From Sedimentisphaerales bacterium (GTDB lineage Bacteria > Planctomycetota > Phycisphaerae > Sedimentisphaerales > SM23-30): a stretch of 64,000 nucleotides of DNA. The DNA is taken from NCBI GenBank assembly GCA_963663965.2, contig CAXXFK010000020.1:256001-320000 (forward strand), written 5' to 3'. Each line of letters opens with the position of its first letter. Position 1 is the first letter of the stretch. A program made the position numbers and the translations under genes. The notes under the pieces are model-generated. The model saw nothing but the letters and a program-made list of their open reading frames with translations. It was not told the DNA's origin and did no database searches. This document shows, one piece after another, positions 1 to 13,997 of this stretch.

Positions 1-1
1 A

Positions 2-3000
2 TCATTCGTTCTCACCCAATCTCAGCCACACCGTATCCGAAAATCCCGGTTCAATCTTCGACGTCCGGTTATAGTTGCCCCAGCTCAGGTCATAAGCCCA
101 CTGCCGATTGATCGCCACCTGAATAGCATCGGTCTGCCGCGCCTCAAACCTCTGGACAAACGCGTCACTCACCACAAAACAATCGCTGGCATCCGCATTT
201 TTCCGCCCGGTCACCTCAACCCGGATAATATGCTCTCTGTCCGCCAAGATTATCCCGCTCAAAGAGCGGCTGCTGATAGGTCTTCGAGGAAGCATACAGA
301 TCAACCGTAGCCACCCGCTGCCCATCCAGATAGACATCCGCCAGCCCGCAGTTATGATTCTTCACCGACAGCCAGGTAATATTCCTGCCCATAAACCGAT
401 AGCTGATCGCCGCACCCGGCTGGTTACTGTATCGTTCACCCCCGCCGCTATCCCGGCCATCTTTCATACTGTGCCATTCGCCTTGATGAACCACCGCCTC
501 ATGGGTCTCTTCCACCGTGCGCCGCTGATACGGCTCGGCCTTTTCCAATCGCACCGCGTGCGACTGCCCATCCGAAACCACTTCCATAGCCGCCCCGGTC
601 TTCGCGATCCCCACCTCGGCCCGATAGATATATTCCTTGGCCGAACGAAAATCCTGTGTCATCCCATATCCCGCATGGTCCTTGCCCCCACAGCAGGGTA
701 ATCCTCCATATCCAGGCTCCAGGACCAGGTCGGCTCCTGTCGATACACCGCCGCCGGTCCCGCCCGGAACCGCGCCGCCTCACCCACTGGCCGCCCGATA
801 TGATCCTCCGGATACACTGACCACAAGGCCCGCCGGTCCCAACGCAACCGATCCGTTTCACCCGGCATCAGAAAGGATACCCCCACTTCGCTGTAAGACC
901 CCGCGTCCGCCGGCGGCTCCGGCAGCGTATAAGTGGTCTCCATCCGCCCGGCGCCATCCACCCGTATGGTAAAACGCACCGGCATCTCGCCATAAGCGCC
1001 GTCAATAGCAATCTCCACATAATCCGCATTCTGAATCGCGCGCACCTCTTCCGCCTGCAACGGCGGTAAATCATACGGACACAAATTCAACTGCGGCCCA
1101 CCCGTCAGAACCACACGCCCTCGATAGCTCGCCTCGACAATCTGACCCGCCGCCTTGTCCACGACCAACCGCACATTCTCGTTTTCCACAGTAACCATCT
1201 CGGCGCTTTCTACCAATTGCAACTTCGGCCCGGCCAAAATTGGTAACGCCACCTCACGACCCTTTAACGGCAGTTTGAATTCATCGATCAAGATCGGTTC
1301 AGATGGCGGCTGACTATAAAACTGTAAATGCATCACATCATCCGCCCGCCAGTTACGTCCCGGTATCACCAGCTGCCCTTCCGCACCCGGCGCCAGCTCC
1401 AGCGCCAACCGCCCCTGATCCATCCCCACACTCCAGACCATTGTCAACTCATTGAAATTAGTATGGTCGAACCAGTTTTTTACCGGAATCATCAGCGGCT
1501 GACCCCCCATCCGGCACACCCAGCGGTTTGTTTTCGATACGGATCGGCGAATACGCCTTCTTGGTCAGCCAGAACTCCGGCTTGCGCCGCCGCCAGCCAT
1601 CAAAGATCCCCCAATAGCCATACCCGTTTGATCGTTGCGGCGCGAAAAAGATATCATCCACCGTACCCCAGATGGCAATACCTGCCGATCCACTCGAAGG
1701 ATAAATTTTCTCCCAGAACAGCTTGATACTCTCACCCCAGAAATTACGGATACCCGGATCACGATCGGCAATGGAATTGCGATCGTAATAACACATCACA
1801 TGGATCCCCTCATCGAACAGCCAGGGCTTGCCTTCCTTATCAAATTCCCACGACCAGCCCGGATAATGAAAACTGTCCAGATCGGTATAATCATCCGTAT
1901 CCCAGTTGCCGCGATAGGCGTTGTGCCCGGTCTTCAGGGGCCGGGTCGGGTCCGCCTGCCGGGCATAATCACGTTCTGCCTCAAAGTTACTGCCCCACTT
2001 GACATTTTCGTTGCCCAGCGACCAGATGATAATGGATGGATGGCTCCGGTCCCGCTCGATCATTTCACTGATCGAACTCATGAACCGCTCTCGCACATCC
2101 GGATCGTCATGCAGCCCATCCAGCTTACCCCGTGCGGCATGATGATTCGTCCAGCAGATCGCCGCTTCCTCTTCCACATACAAGCCATATCGATCCGCCA
2201 TCTCCAGGAACCGTTCCGAAGTTGGATAGTGCGAGGTCCGGATGTAATTCAGATTGGCCTCCTTATACAGCCGCACATCCTTCTCCGCCAGTTCCCGCCA
2301 CATAAGCCCGCCCGGCCAGCGGAATGAACGCTGTGACGATTCCCACCCCGCAGCTTCGCCTCCGCGCCATTCACCAGCAGACGATTCCCCCCGCACCTCC
2401 ACCTCCCGGAACCCCACCTGCTTCGTGACGGTTTCCACAACCTGCCCCTCCTCCCTCAAACTCGCCCGCAACCGGTACAGCCATGGATGCTCCGCGTCCC
2501 ACAACCTGGGCCGGCGCCACTGGAATCAACACCTCAGCCTCTGGCTGCCCGGCCGATAGCGCCACAGATCCCGGCTCCAGCGCCAACCCATGCCCCTCTG
2601 GATCGGTTAATTCAAATTCCACCCGGCCCGACACTCCCTCTCCAGCAAGCCGCAACAGCAACCTTCAGTATCGCGTCCTGATAATTCCCATCCAGATCCG
2701 TCTCCACCTGCACACGGGTCAGGCAGTTCATCGGCGTTTGCCAGCAACGTCACATCTCGCAGGATCCCGCGATAAAATGATCGAAATCCTCACCCAGCAT
2801 CCGGCTGGCATAGCCGCTCGCGAACGACAGGTCATCCGTCAGATCGGTCACTCCCACCGTAATCGTCGCCGGCTGACCCGGCGTGACCAGTTCGGTAATA
2901 TCCAGATGCCAGCGGGTAAATCCGCCATAATGCTCTCCGGCATAAACACCATTCACCCCACACCCGTCCGATGCTATACACCCCGTCAAACCGCAACCAG

Positions 3001-3324
3001 ATACGCCTGCCGCAAAATCCGCCGGGATCGATATCATTTTTTTATACGGATACTCCACATCCCGCCGAATCTCCAGCCCCTGCATCCATGGCTCACCCGG
3101 CACCGGTACCTCAACCCATTGGCTTGTATCCACAATATCCCGGTAAAACTCCACCGGTGGTTCCAGGGTAAATTTCCACAGTCCATTCAACGACATCACC
3201 GGTTCTTTCACCCCGGCCGTCATCTCCGGCGTCGGTACTAGCACGCCGCGCCCAGTTCTCACCCGCCCACAACCAGGCCGAACTTAACATAACGATTCAG
3301 ACTGCCATAACACAGATTCTTCAT
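2..3324 (-). CDS. Glycoside hydrolase family 2 (beta-galactosidase-like) with C-terminal carbohydrate-binding-like domain; frameshifted
   Basis: Consecutive ORF fragments (2750-3262, 2371-2661, 2249-2440, 1458-2504, 659-1519, 216-662, 2-337) carry GH2 motifs in order: SLNGLWKF, WDAEHPWLY, GNRH, NYIRTSHYP, RDRSHPSIIIWSLGNE. Likely ATG at 3324. Multiple frameshifts; boundaries approximate. Confidence 0.8.
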
Positions 3325-3544
3325 AACGTCTTCCTGTAAATACAGACAGCGTAACAATACATTCACAGGTATGGCCCAGACAAACATTAAATGTTCGCCC
3401 ATTATAATCCTCCTATCGTCTCCTGTAAACACTTTTTCCCGCTTTGATTCAAAGCCAATATCAGAGAAATCCTTGCATATCCAATCAATCAAAAGATAAT
3501 AGATCGAAGATGTTATAAATATGTTTTATTCCAATGGAGATGCC

Positions 3545-4341
3545 ATGACTACCTGCCAGAAAATCATCGCCTGCTTTGCCTGTCACTCGCTGCACTTACC
3601 GGCTGCCAGGCCCACCCGTCAGGCCCGGCCGGCTTACTGTCCTGTCCTACAATATCTATCACGGCGAAGATGCCAACGGCCAATCCAACCTGGAGGCCGT
3701 CGCCCGGATTATTAATGACCTGAAACCCGATCTGGTCGCCTTCCAGGAAGTGGACCAGAACACCACCCGCGTCGGAGGCAAAGACCTCATCGCCATCCTC
3801 AGCGACCTGACCGGCATGCGCGGCGTGTTCGGCAAGGCCATGGACTACGCCGGCGGCGGTTACGGCGAAGCGGTGCTCAGCCGTTTCCCGATTCTCCAGT
3901 CCACCACCCATCCCGCTCCCTCATGAATCCGGCTCTGAACCGCGCGCCGCGCTCGAAATCTTGATCGAACTGCCCGGCCAACAGAAAATCCTCTTCGTCG
4001 GCACCCACCTCGACCACCTGCGCCCCGACCAGAACCGCCTCGCCCAGATCCAGGAAATCAACACCCTCTATCAGGATTCCGAGCTGCCGGTTATCCTCGC
4101 CGGTGATTTCAACGCCACTCCGACAGCGAACCCATCGCCATCCTCAAACAATCCTGGTCCGACGCCTCCGCCCAGCAGCCCGATCCTACCTTTCCCGCTA
4201 AAAATCCTGACAAAAAAATTGACTACGTCTTCTATCGCCCGCCCAGCAATGGCGCGTCATCAGCTCTCAGGTTATCGACGAAAAAATCGCCTCTGACCAC
4301 TGCCCGTGCTGGTGGTTCTGGAATTAATCTCCGAGCCGTGA
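3545..4341 (+). CDS. Endonuclease/exonuclease/phosphatase (EEP) family metal-dependent hydrolase; frameshifted
   Basis: Motifs LSYNIYHG, DLVAFQEVD, YGEAVLSRFP, VGTHLDH, ILAGDFN, KIDYVF and SDH spread over several frames. Confidence 0.8.
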
Positions 4342-4344
4342 ATC

Positions 4345-4742
4345 CAAATCAATCGCAGAACGATATTGAACGTACCCGCAATCCAGCCATTCACTGCCAT
4401 CATCGCCAGATCCAATATATTAACCTTGCAGTCATTATTCAGATCGGCAACCGGCCGGTTCACACACGCGGCGCACGACCCGGCGTAAGCGACATTGACC
4501 CCGTTCATCGCCGCCAGACAGGCATTGGCATACGTCATTCCATCACAGCCGCACAACCGGATCATAATATTCCGGACACAACACTGGTTTCAAGACGCAG
4601 ATCCCGATACCGTCGCAATCCCCCACCTCCTTTTGACAAAAATACAATATGCCGCATTCGCCTTCACCCGTTCACGGTGTCTGCCCCCAGACAAATGAAA
4701 CCAGCGCACAAAACCACTATCAGACCTGTCTTATAGCCCCAT
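4345..4742 (-). CDS. Small secreted Kazal-type protease-inhibitor-domain protein with C-terminal dockerin-like motif; frameshifted
   Basis: Hydrophobic N-terminus (GLIVVLCAGFICLG). Kazal pattern CPEYYDPV..CGCDGMTYANACLA..GVNVAYAGSC. Dockerin-like ADLNNDCKVNILDLAMMA. 3' end approximate. Confidence 0.7.
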
Positions 4743-4770
4743 GATATATCCTTCTGATCCGCGTTACTTA

Positions 4771-4973
4771 GAGTTCCTGACAAAATGATTTTTGTGGTGA
4801 GACCGGGCGAAAAAAGTGGCCAGCAAGGTCGAAGTATCCGCCTCAGGCGGGCCGCAGGGATCAAACACCCGCAGGCAACCCTGCTATGGGTTGTCGAGGA
4901 TGTTTGGTCCCGAGAACGCCGCGGACCACTTTTGCAGCCGGTCGGAGTAGAAAACTCATTTTGTTAGGGGCTC
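4771..4973. mobile_element. Non-autonomous miniature inverted-repeat element (MITE-like), fully palindromic
   Basis: Imperfect terminal inverted repeats GAGTTCCTGACAAAATGA / TCATTTTGTTAGGGGCTC, flanked on both sides by TTA (4768-4770, 4974-4976). Internal arms are complementary. Confidence 0.75.
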
Positions 4974-5097
4974 TTAAAACTCTATCGATAATTCAAGTAT
5001 ATCATAAGAACCACAAACAACAATTAGTTTTTTATCAACAAACCCGGAGCCACCGCCACAGGCCAATCGCTTTACCGATAACTATAGACATATACTA

Positions 5098-6600
5098 TTG
5101 TTAGCGGTTGAACGGATCGAATATGATGCCTATGGCAATCCGCACTATCGGTTTATGCCGGATTTCGATGATAATGGCGAAGTGGATGCCCGGGATTTCG
5201 ATATCTTTACTGCGGCCTGGGGTTCCTATGACTGGCGTTGCGATCTGAATGGCGACGGGTATATCACGAACCAGGATACGGGCATTCTGATCGATTACTA
5301 TGGCGCGGCGGCCGATCCGGCGCGGGGTTTCAGCGGCAATACCGTCGGCTTTACCAGCCAGCGGATCGACCGGGTCCACCCCGACAGCTTCGGCCGGCCG
5401 CAATTGACCCTGATGCACTATAAGAACCGGGCCTATTGGCCGGAGTTGGGGCGGTTTGGACAACGCGACCCGCTGGGCTATGTCCGATGGCATGAGTTTG
5501 TATGAGTATGTACGAAGCCGGCCGGTGACCGAGTCTGATCCTTTGGGTCTATTCGGCAATGGTTGCGGTGTTTATGTTGGGCCACAAGGTTCATGTTGGA
5601 CATCCGCGCCAACAACCCCGGAAGAGTTCAATCAATTATGCAAAGATAAAGATATTGTCGTTGACTGTGGCAAAAATGCAATATGCGATCAGATTTGACA
5701 ATTTGCAGGCGGATATATCGCATTACTTTGATCCCTGTTTGGGCGCAATAGTGCATGATGCATGCGATCTTCCTGTAAAGGTGGGTTATGCCGCATTAAA
5801 TCCGATGGATTTATCCGGTGCGTGTTATGATAATGCGAAGACGCTGTCAATAAGGTCAAAATGACTATTGCAAACGGCGGAAGCAGGTCAAGTAGCCGAA
5901 ACCTGTAATCAGTTTCTTTATGATCATTCTGCAGGATATTTGCTAGAATTATTTAGACGAATGATGAGTGACGATCCAGAGGAAAGCGGACACGCCATCT
6001 TTGAATTCGCTCAGTTGGTTGCGGCTTGCAATGGTGTGGGAAAAGCGATATCGACAGCGGATGATTTTGCCCTTAATTTGCATTGATGATTGTGTAAAAC
6101 CGGCAGTAAGTGTTTGTGATGATTTAGCTGTTATACGATATGGCGATGACTACGCAGTTATTGAAAATTCACGAAGGTTAGGTCTTAGCAGAGGCGAACA
6201 AGTTATTTGCTTGGGTGATGACATGAGCCATATTCTACGGGACGATATTGTTTATCTTGTAGCTCATGGTAAGGAATTAATGAAAATTTCTCCCGAAGAA
6301 TTAGCTAACATATTACGGCAAAGTGGTTATAATAATCAGAAAATTGCGCTTGTGGCTTGTAATGCAGGCAAACATACTGCTCCTGGATTAGCAAACGAAT
6401 TAGGTGTTATCGTTAGTGGACCAACTAGAAAAATTCAGGTAAATGAATGTGGTGAGTTTATGTATAGGCCTATCAAACTCCCTTTATTACCTAAACCCAA
6501 ACTTAAGCCCTGCGGGCCAGAAAACTTGAAATGGAATGCCTGTGTCCCCCAAAAAAAAATGAAACAAAGCTACAAGAAGTTGGATTTTTGGTATTCAGCA
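5098..6600 (+). CDS. Orphan RHS-core fragment with inserted dockerin and C-terminal caspase-like (His-Gly...Ala-Cys) putative toxin domain; frameshifted
   Basis: ERIEYDAYG, HYKNRAYWPELGRFGQRDPLGY, YEYVRSRPVTESDPLGL (RHS core end). C-terminal YLVAHG...IALVACNAG...LANELGVIVSGPT. No clear start codon/RBS; 3' end approximate. Confidence 0.7.
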
Positions 6601-7087
6601 GATTGAAGAGCCTTGGTATCCTCATCCAAGTATTTGATTGATTCCAACTGGAGGCAGAAAGATAAACGACAGATTATTGAATATTTGAAAAAAGGCAAAA
6701 TAATATGTGCTTGGCTTGATTATGCCGAATGCCGATTTGATGGGGGTGCCATACAATGAAATGGGAGCTTGCGATTTAACCGATGCGTCTGGATTTGGCC
6801 AGAAGGATTATCCGTATATGTTGAAAAGTTCAATGTTATACTGCCCGAGAAATTTGTTGAGCATATGATTAAGAATCATTTTGAAATCCCAGAAATTCCA
6901 GATTTTAAATCTGATCAATATAGGGAATATTCCGGTTTTGGATAAGATGGGGAGCTTTTAATTGTAAAGGCGATAATCTTTTACGCAGGCTCGTATTATT
7001 ACTGTCACCATCAGCATACATGATATATTACTATTGCAAGGTGGGCGTTCTATGGTTATGCTCAAAATTATTTGGCAGGAAAGATGA
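6559..7087 (+). CDS. Putative immunity protein downstream of RHS toxin; frameshifted, not in ORF track
   Basis: Manual translation across frames gives YPHPS..IDSNWRQKDKRQIIEYLKKG..CRFDG..MGACDLTD..WIWPEGLSVYVEKFNVILPEKFVEHM. AT-rich and immediately downstream of the toxin tip. Boundaries approximate. Confidence 0.55.
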
Positions 7088-7200
7088 GAATAACTAGAGA
7101 ATAACTAGAATAACTAGGGACAGTCACCAATTAAATTGGAATGAGCCATAGTGAATAAGCTATAAAACGGTGACTGTCCATAGTATTTCCTAGTATTCCC
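7086..7200. repeat. Palindromic REP/REPIN-like element with tandemly reiterated outer flanks
   Basis: GGACAGTCACC (7118-7128) / GGTGACTGTCC (7169-7179) perfect inverted repeat. Left flank GAATAACTAG x3; right flank TAGTATT(T)CC x2. Confidence 0.65.
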
Positions 7201-7232
7201 CTGATAACCATGGTCAGTCACGGCAAAAAATA

Positions 7233-10053
7233 TCAATGGTTATGGTTGGCTGTAAACTCCCACTGGCCGGGTTCGGTTTTCATAAACAGATAGTGTCCCG
7301 TGCGTTCAATAAAACGTACCCCGGTGATATCATCCACAAGCCGGCCATTAATACGTACCTCTGGCAATGTTCCGCCGGCGCCAAAGGGATCCCAACCCGT
7401 GCCACAGTTGCCGCCGGCGAAGTCAGGCAGAGGGTAAATTGCCCCGGATTACGGTGCATCTCCACGTGAACCGTCCCCTTCACGGAAGGACGGTGACCGC
7501 CAGACTGTTCAGGGGGCCCATTTGCGGCATAACCTGATACCTCTCAAATCCTGGCCGGATTGGGGGCCACACCCGCGATATACTGCATCATCAGCGTCAG
7601 AGGACCGCCGGACCAGCCGTGGTTGTAGCTGCCGCCGCCATATCCCTCAGGGCCAATGCCCCAGCCTTCCCAAAGTGTGCTCAATTCGCTCTCCACCATT
7701 TTACTGTAACGCAACTTCATACGATCAACGCGGCTTCCGTATCCCCCATTTGAAACAGGGGACTCAAGGATAGCTTTTTCCATATAGGGACTGGCCTGGA
7801 AGCAACGGGTAAAAACCGTTGTGATTGCCGGCCACTGTTCCGGCCGCGCCAATCCCGCCAGCACCGCCAGACCGTGCCCGCGGTCATCCGTCTCACCGTT
7901 ATAATTGGGTGAACGGTATTCGCTGCCGGTCCACAGGATCCGGTTAAAATTGGCCGCGATACTCGCCCTCATTTTCTGATAGCCCGCCACATCGGGCCTC
8001 GTTGCCTGTTAACCGCGCCATATTAATGGCCGCTTCCAGCGCCTGATAAAACAGGGCATTGTCCAGTACCGGCCGGTCGATGTTGTTGCCCCAGTCACCC
8101 CAATCCCAACCGCCCGGACGGTGTACCACCAGACCGTCCGAACCCAGTTCCCAGAGCGCCAGATAGCGCTTCACCGCCGGATAGGCATGGGCCATTGTCG
8201 CCCGATCACCCGAATAGCGGTAATAATACCAGAATCCATGCATACCGATACTTGCCAGCATCTGGCCGGGCAATTCCCGGTCCCAGCTTCCGGCCGGTAC
8301 CGGTGAACTAGAGCACGCCGTCCGGCTTCTGCCAGTCCACCAGATTGAGTATGGCCTTGCGGATCAGGGCCTGACCGCGCGTATCGCAGGCATAGACGAT
8401 CTCTCCCATGACAATCGTGGCATCGCCCCACCACTGGGCGCGTTCACGATCAGGATCCTGATGGCATCGCGCATATTGACATTCATGGTATTGCGGCACT
8501 TCAGCCAGAGTTGATTCAGGAATGGATCGTCACATTCAAAGCGGCCGACAAAATCGGTATCGTAACGGGTCTCGCGATAACGCAGGGCGAGAATCTCCAC
8601 GCCCGCCGGAATCGAATAGATCATCCAATGACCATTCAGGTAGGCCAGGCTCTCGAACTCCTGAACCCCCTCACGCGTGACATACTCAGAACGGTAGTTG
8701 TATTCGCTGCCGCCTTTGCTAGTTGTCGGTGCGCAGATCGATAGTCAGCCCGGCCCGGCGCCTTGATCCTGAGATAGGGCGAGATGGTCAGGTTGCGCGG
8801 CAACCGGGCAATAATTGGTTTGCCGTCGCTAACCCGGGGCAGTTCAGGATCATTTTCATAACGACTCAATTCCCCGATCCGCCACAGCGGTGTGGGACGC
8901 TCGACCAGATGGTTCCACGGCGCACAGGGCGGCGTACCCAGAACAACCGCTGGCGGCCATGCAGCATCGTCAAAAGTCGGGGCGTCCAATCGCCCAGATC
9001 GGCGCGCCCGTCGAAATGGATGTTGTCATCCGGCATGCGATAATTCGGGTGCGGATCGCCTGTCGTACCGTATGCCGGGTGGCGCAGCACCTTCCAGTCT
9101 TCACCCGTGCCGATCCGCCGTCCGTCCAGATTCAACTCCGCTACCAGACCCGCCTTGCCGCTGCTTTTGTGAGAGTAACCATCCTTGCCCCAATACCAGG
9201 CTAAAATGGCCAGGGTATTGCTGCCTTTTCGCAGATGCGGTGTCAGGTCCACCACATCGTAATAGGTGTCCGTTGGATTGGGGCCGCGTTTGAGTTCGCC
9301 CTTCATACACAACCAGTTGCCCGTAACCCAGAGCCAGTACTTGGAATCTACCGCGATCCGCGCCACCGCCGACAGGGGTGTTTTATCCAAAGCAAACTGT
9401 TTCCGGTAACACGTCCATTGATTCGGCGGGGCAGTGGTTACCGCCGCCGGAATCCGCCATGGCGCGAACGAAGCGGGTCCAGCACGTGTGCCGCCGGCCA
9501 GTTGTTGTCGGCATAATCCGGCGAAGTCCACCCCTCTGGAGTACTGGCCACGGAAGACCAGGATCCATCGGTTACACAGACCAGCGGGGATTGTCCGGTC
9601 CGCAGGATGGTCACTTTACCCAACCAGTCCGGCGGCGTTGATACTGCGGCGGCCGGATCGTTTTCGCGCATACCGTAATGACATTGCGGCCGGAACCAGC
9701 TGGCGGGTAATATTGATTGCCTGAGGCCGCTCCCAACTGTCGCCCCGGCCCGCCTCATTCCCGTTGACGAATAATACAAACCGATTATCAGCCGTCATAT
9801 ATACTGTGGCATTCGCCACGGGTGCATTACCCGGCAATTCGATCGACCGCCGAAAGAAACGCACGCACGCCGGGGCGTCCTGGAGCGGATTCACGTTGGC
9901 TTCCTGTGTCCAGATCCATGACGCTCCGACCAGGTCCCGGCCCGGTTCCGGCGTCGCACTGATCCAATGCGCCGACCAGTCTGACCCAGGGGCAGCCTGA
10001 CCCATGGTTACTATCGCTGCCATCAGCAGCCATATGATGATTAATTTATTCAT
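7233..10053 (-). CDS. Alpha-L-rhamnosidase-like glycoside hydrolase (GH78); frameshifted
   Basis: Signal peptide MNKLIIIWLLM. Rhamnosidase N-terminal motifs (FFRRSIEL..TADNRFVLFVNG; IAVDSKYWLWV). Catalytic-region motifs QDPDRERAQWWGD, WGDWG, STLWEGW, SYNHGWSGGP across several frames. Confidence 0.8.
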
Positions 10054-10195
10054 AACACATCTTTCTGTCAAATTGAGGCATAGCTATGGAATGTACGCCA
10101 TTTAAAAAAGAATCAAGGTTTTTCAACACTCCCACAGTCCACCATTAAAATTAATAACATCTCCACTATCATAGCTATCTATCCCCGCTTTCTTC

Positions 10196-13357
<3,162 letters not shown>

Positions 13358-13997
13358 TTATCTCCATAACAAAGCACCCGGATATAGATGACATAATATC
13401 CAGGCACAGATTAAATATGACATTATCATTGATTTAAGATTGTGCTTGCCATTTTAAACTTCACGTTACCCATCAAGCAAGTATAAAGTAATCGCTTAAG
13501 CTACATAGACTGCGCACGGATACCGATTTATCGCAAAGTACTTTTACCAGCGGTCGCAGTAGAATGCTTTTGATGTCGGGTACTCCAGATGTCAGGGCCA
13601 AATTTTAACAACAAATTTAAAACTGGATCTTATGATGAAAAGGGAAGAAAACGCATCCCATTACCTCAGGCAGGCACCATACTTGATGAATCAAATTGTC
13701 GATTATCGCCATGCTTATCAATATTCGAATAGAAAAATAGCCCAACTTAACGGACTTGAAAAACTTTTGTTTATAGTAACAAAATTGTGACGTTTTGTCT
13801 AAAATTCAAATAGAAAAATGTTGTATGCGGAACGATTATCCGAATAAAGTCATATTTTCAAAGAACAATATTTGACTATTGGGTGAGCTGATTTATAATA
13901 TTGATGTAAGCGCTCATTGAAGCAATTTTATCGAAGGAGTTCTGTTGCGATCGAGCGCGTAAATATTACATCTGACAATTATCATCAAGAGGTATCG

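Noticed and set aside
4664..5104. Short ORFs overlapping MITE 1
   Set aside because: Explained by the palindromic element and by the frameshifted start of the Kazal gene
13672..13690. Possible sigma-54 promoter (AGGCACCATACTTGAT) upstream of the ATP-grasp operon
   Set aside because: The -12 element reads GA instead of the near-invariant GC and it lies ~310 bp from the start; too weak
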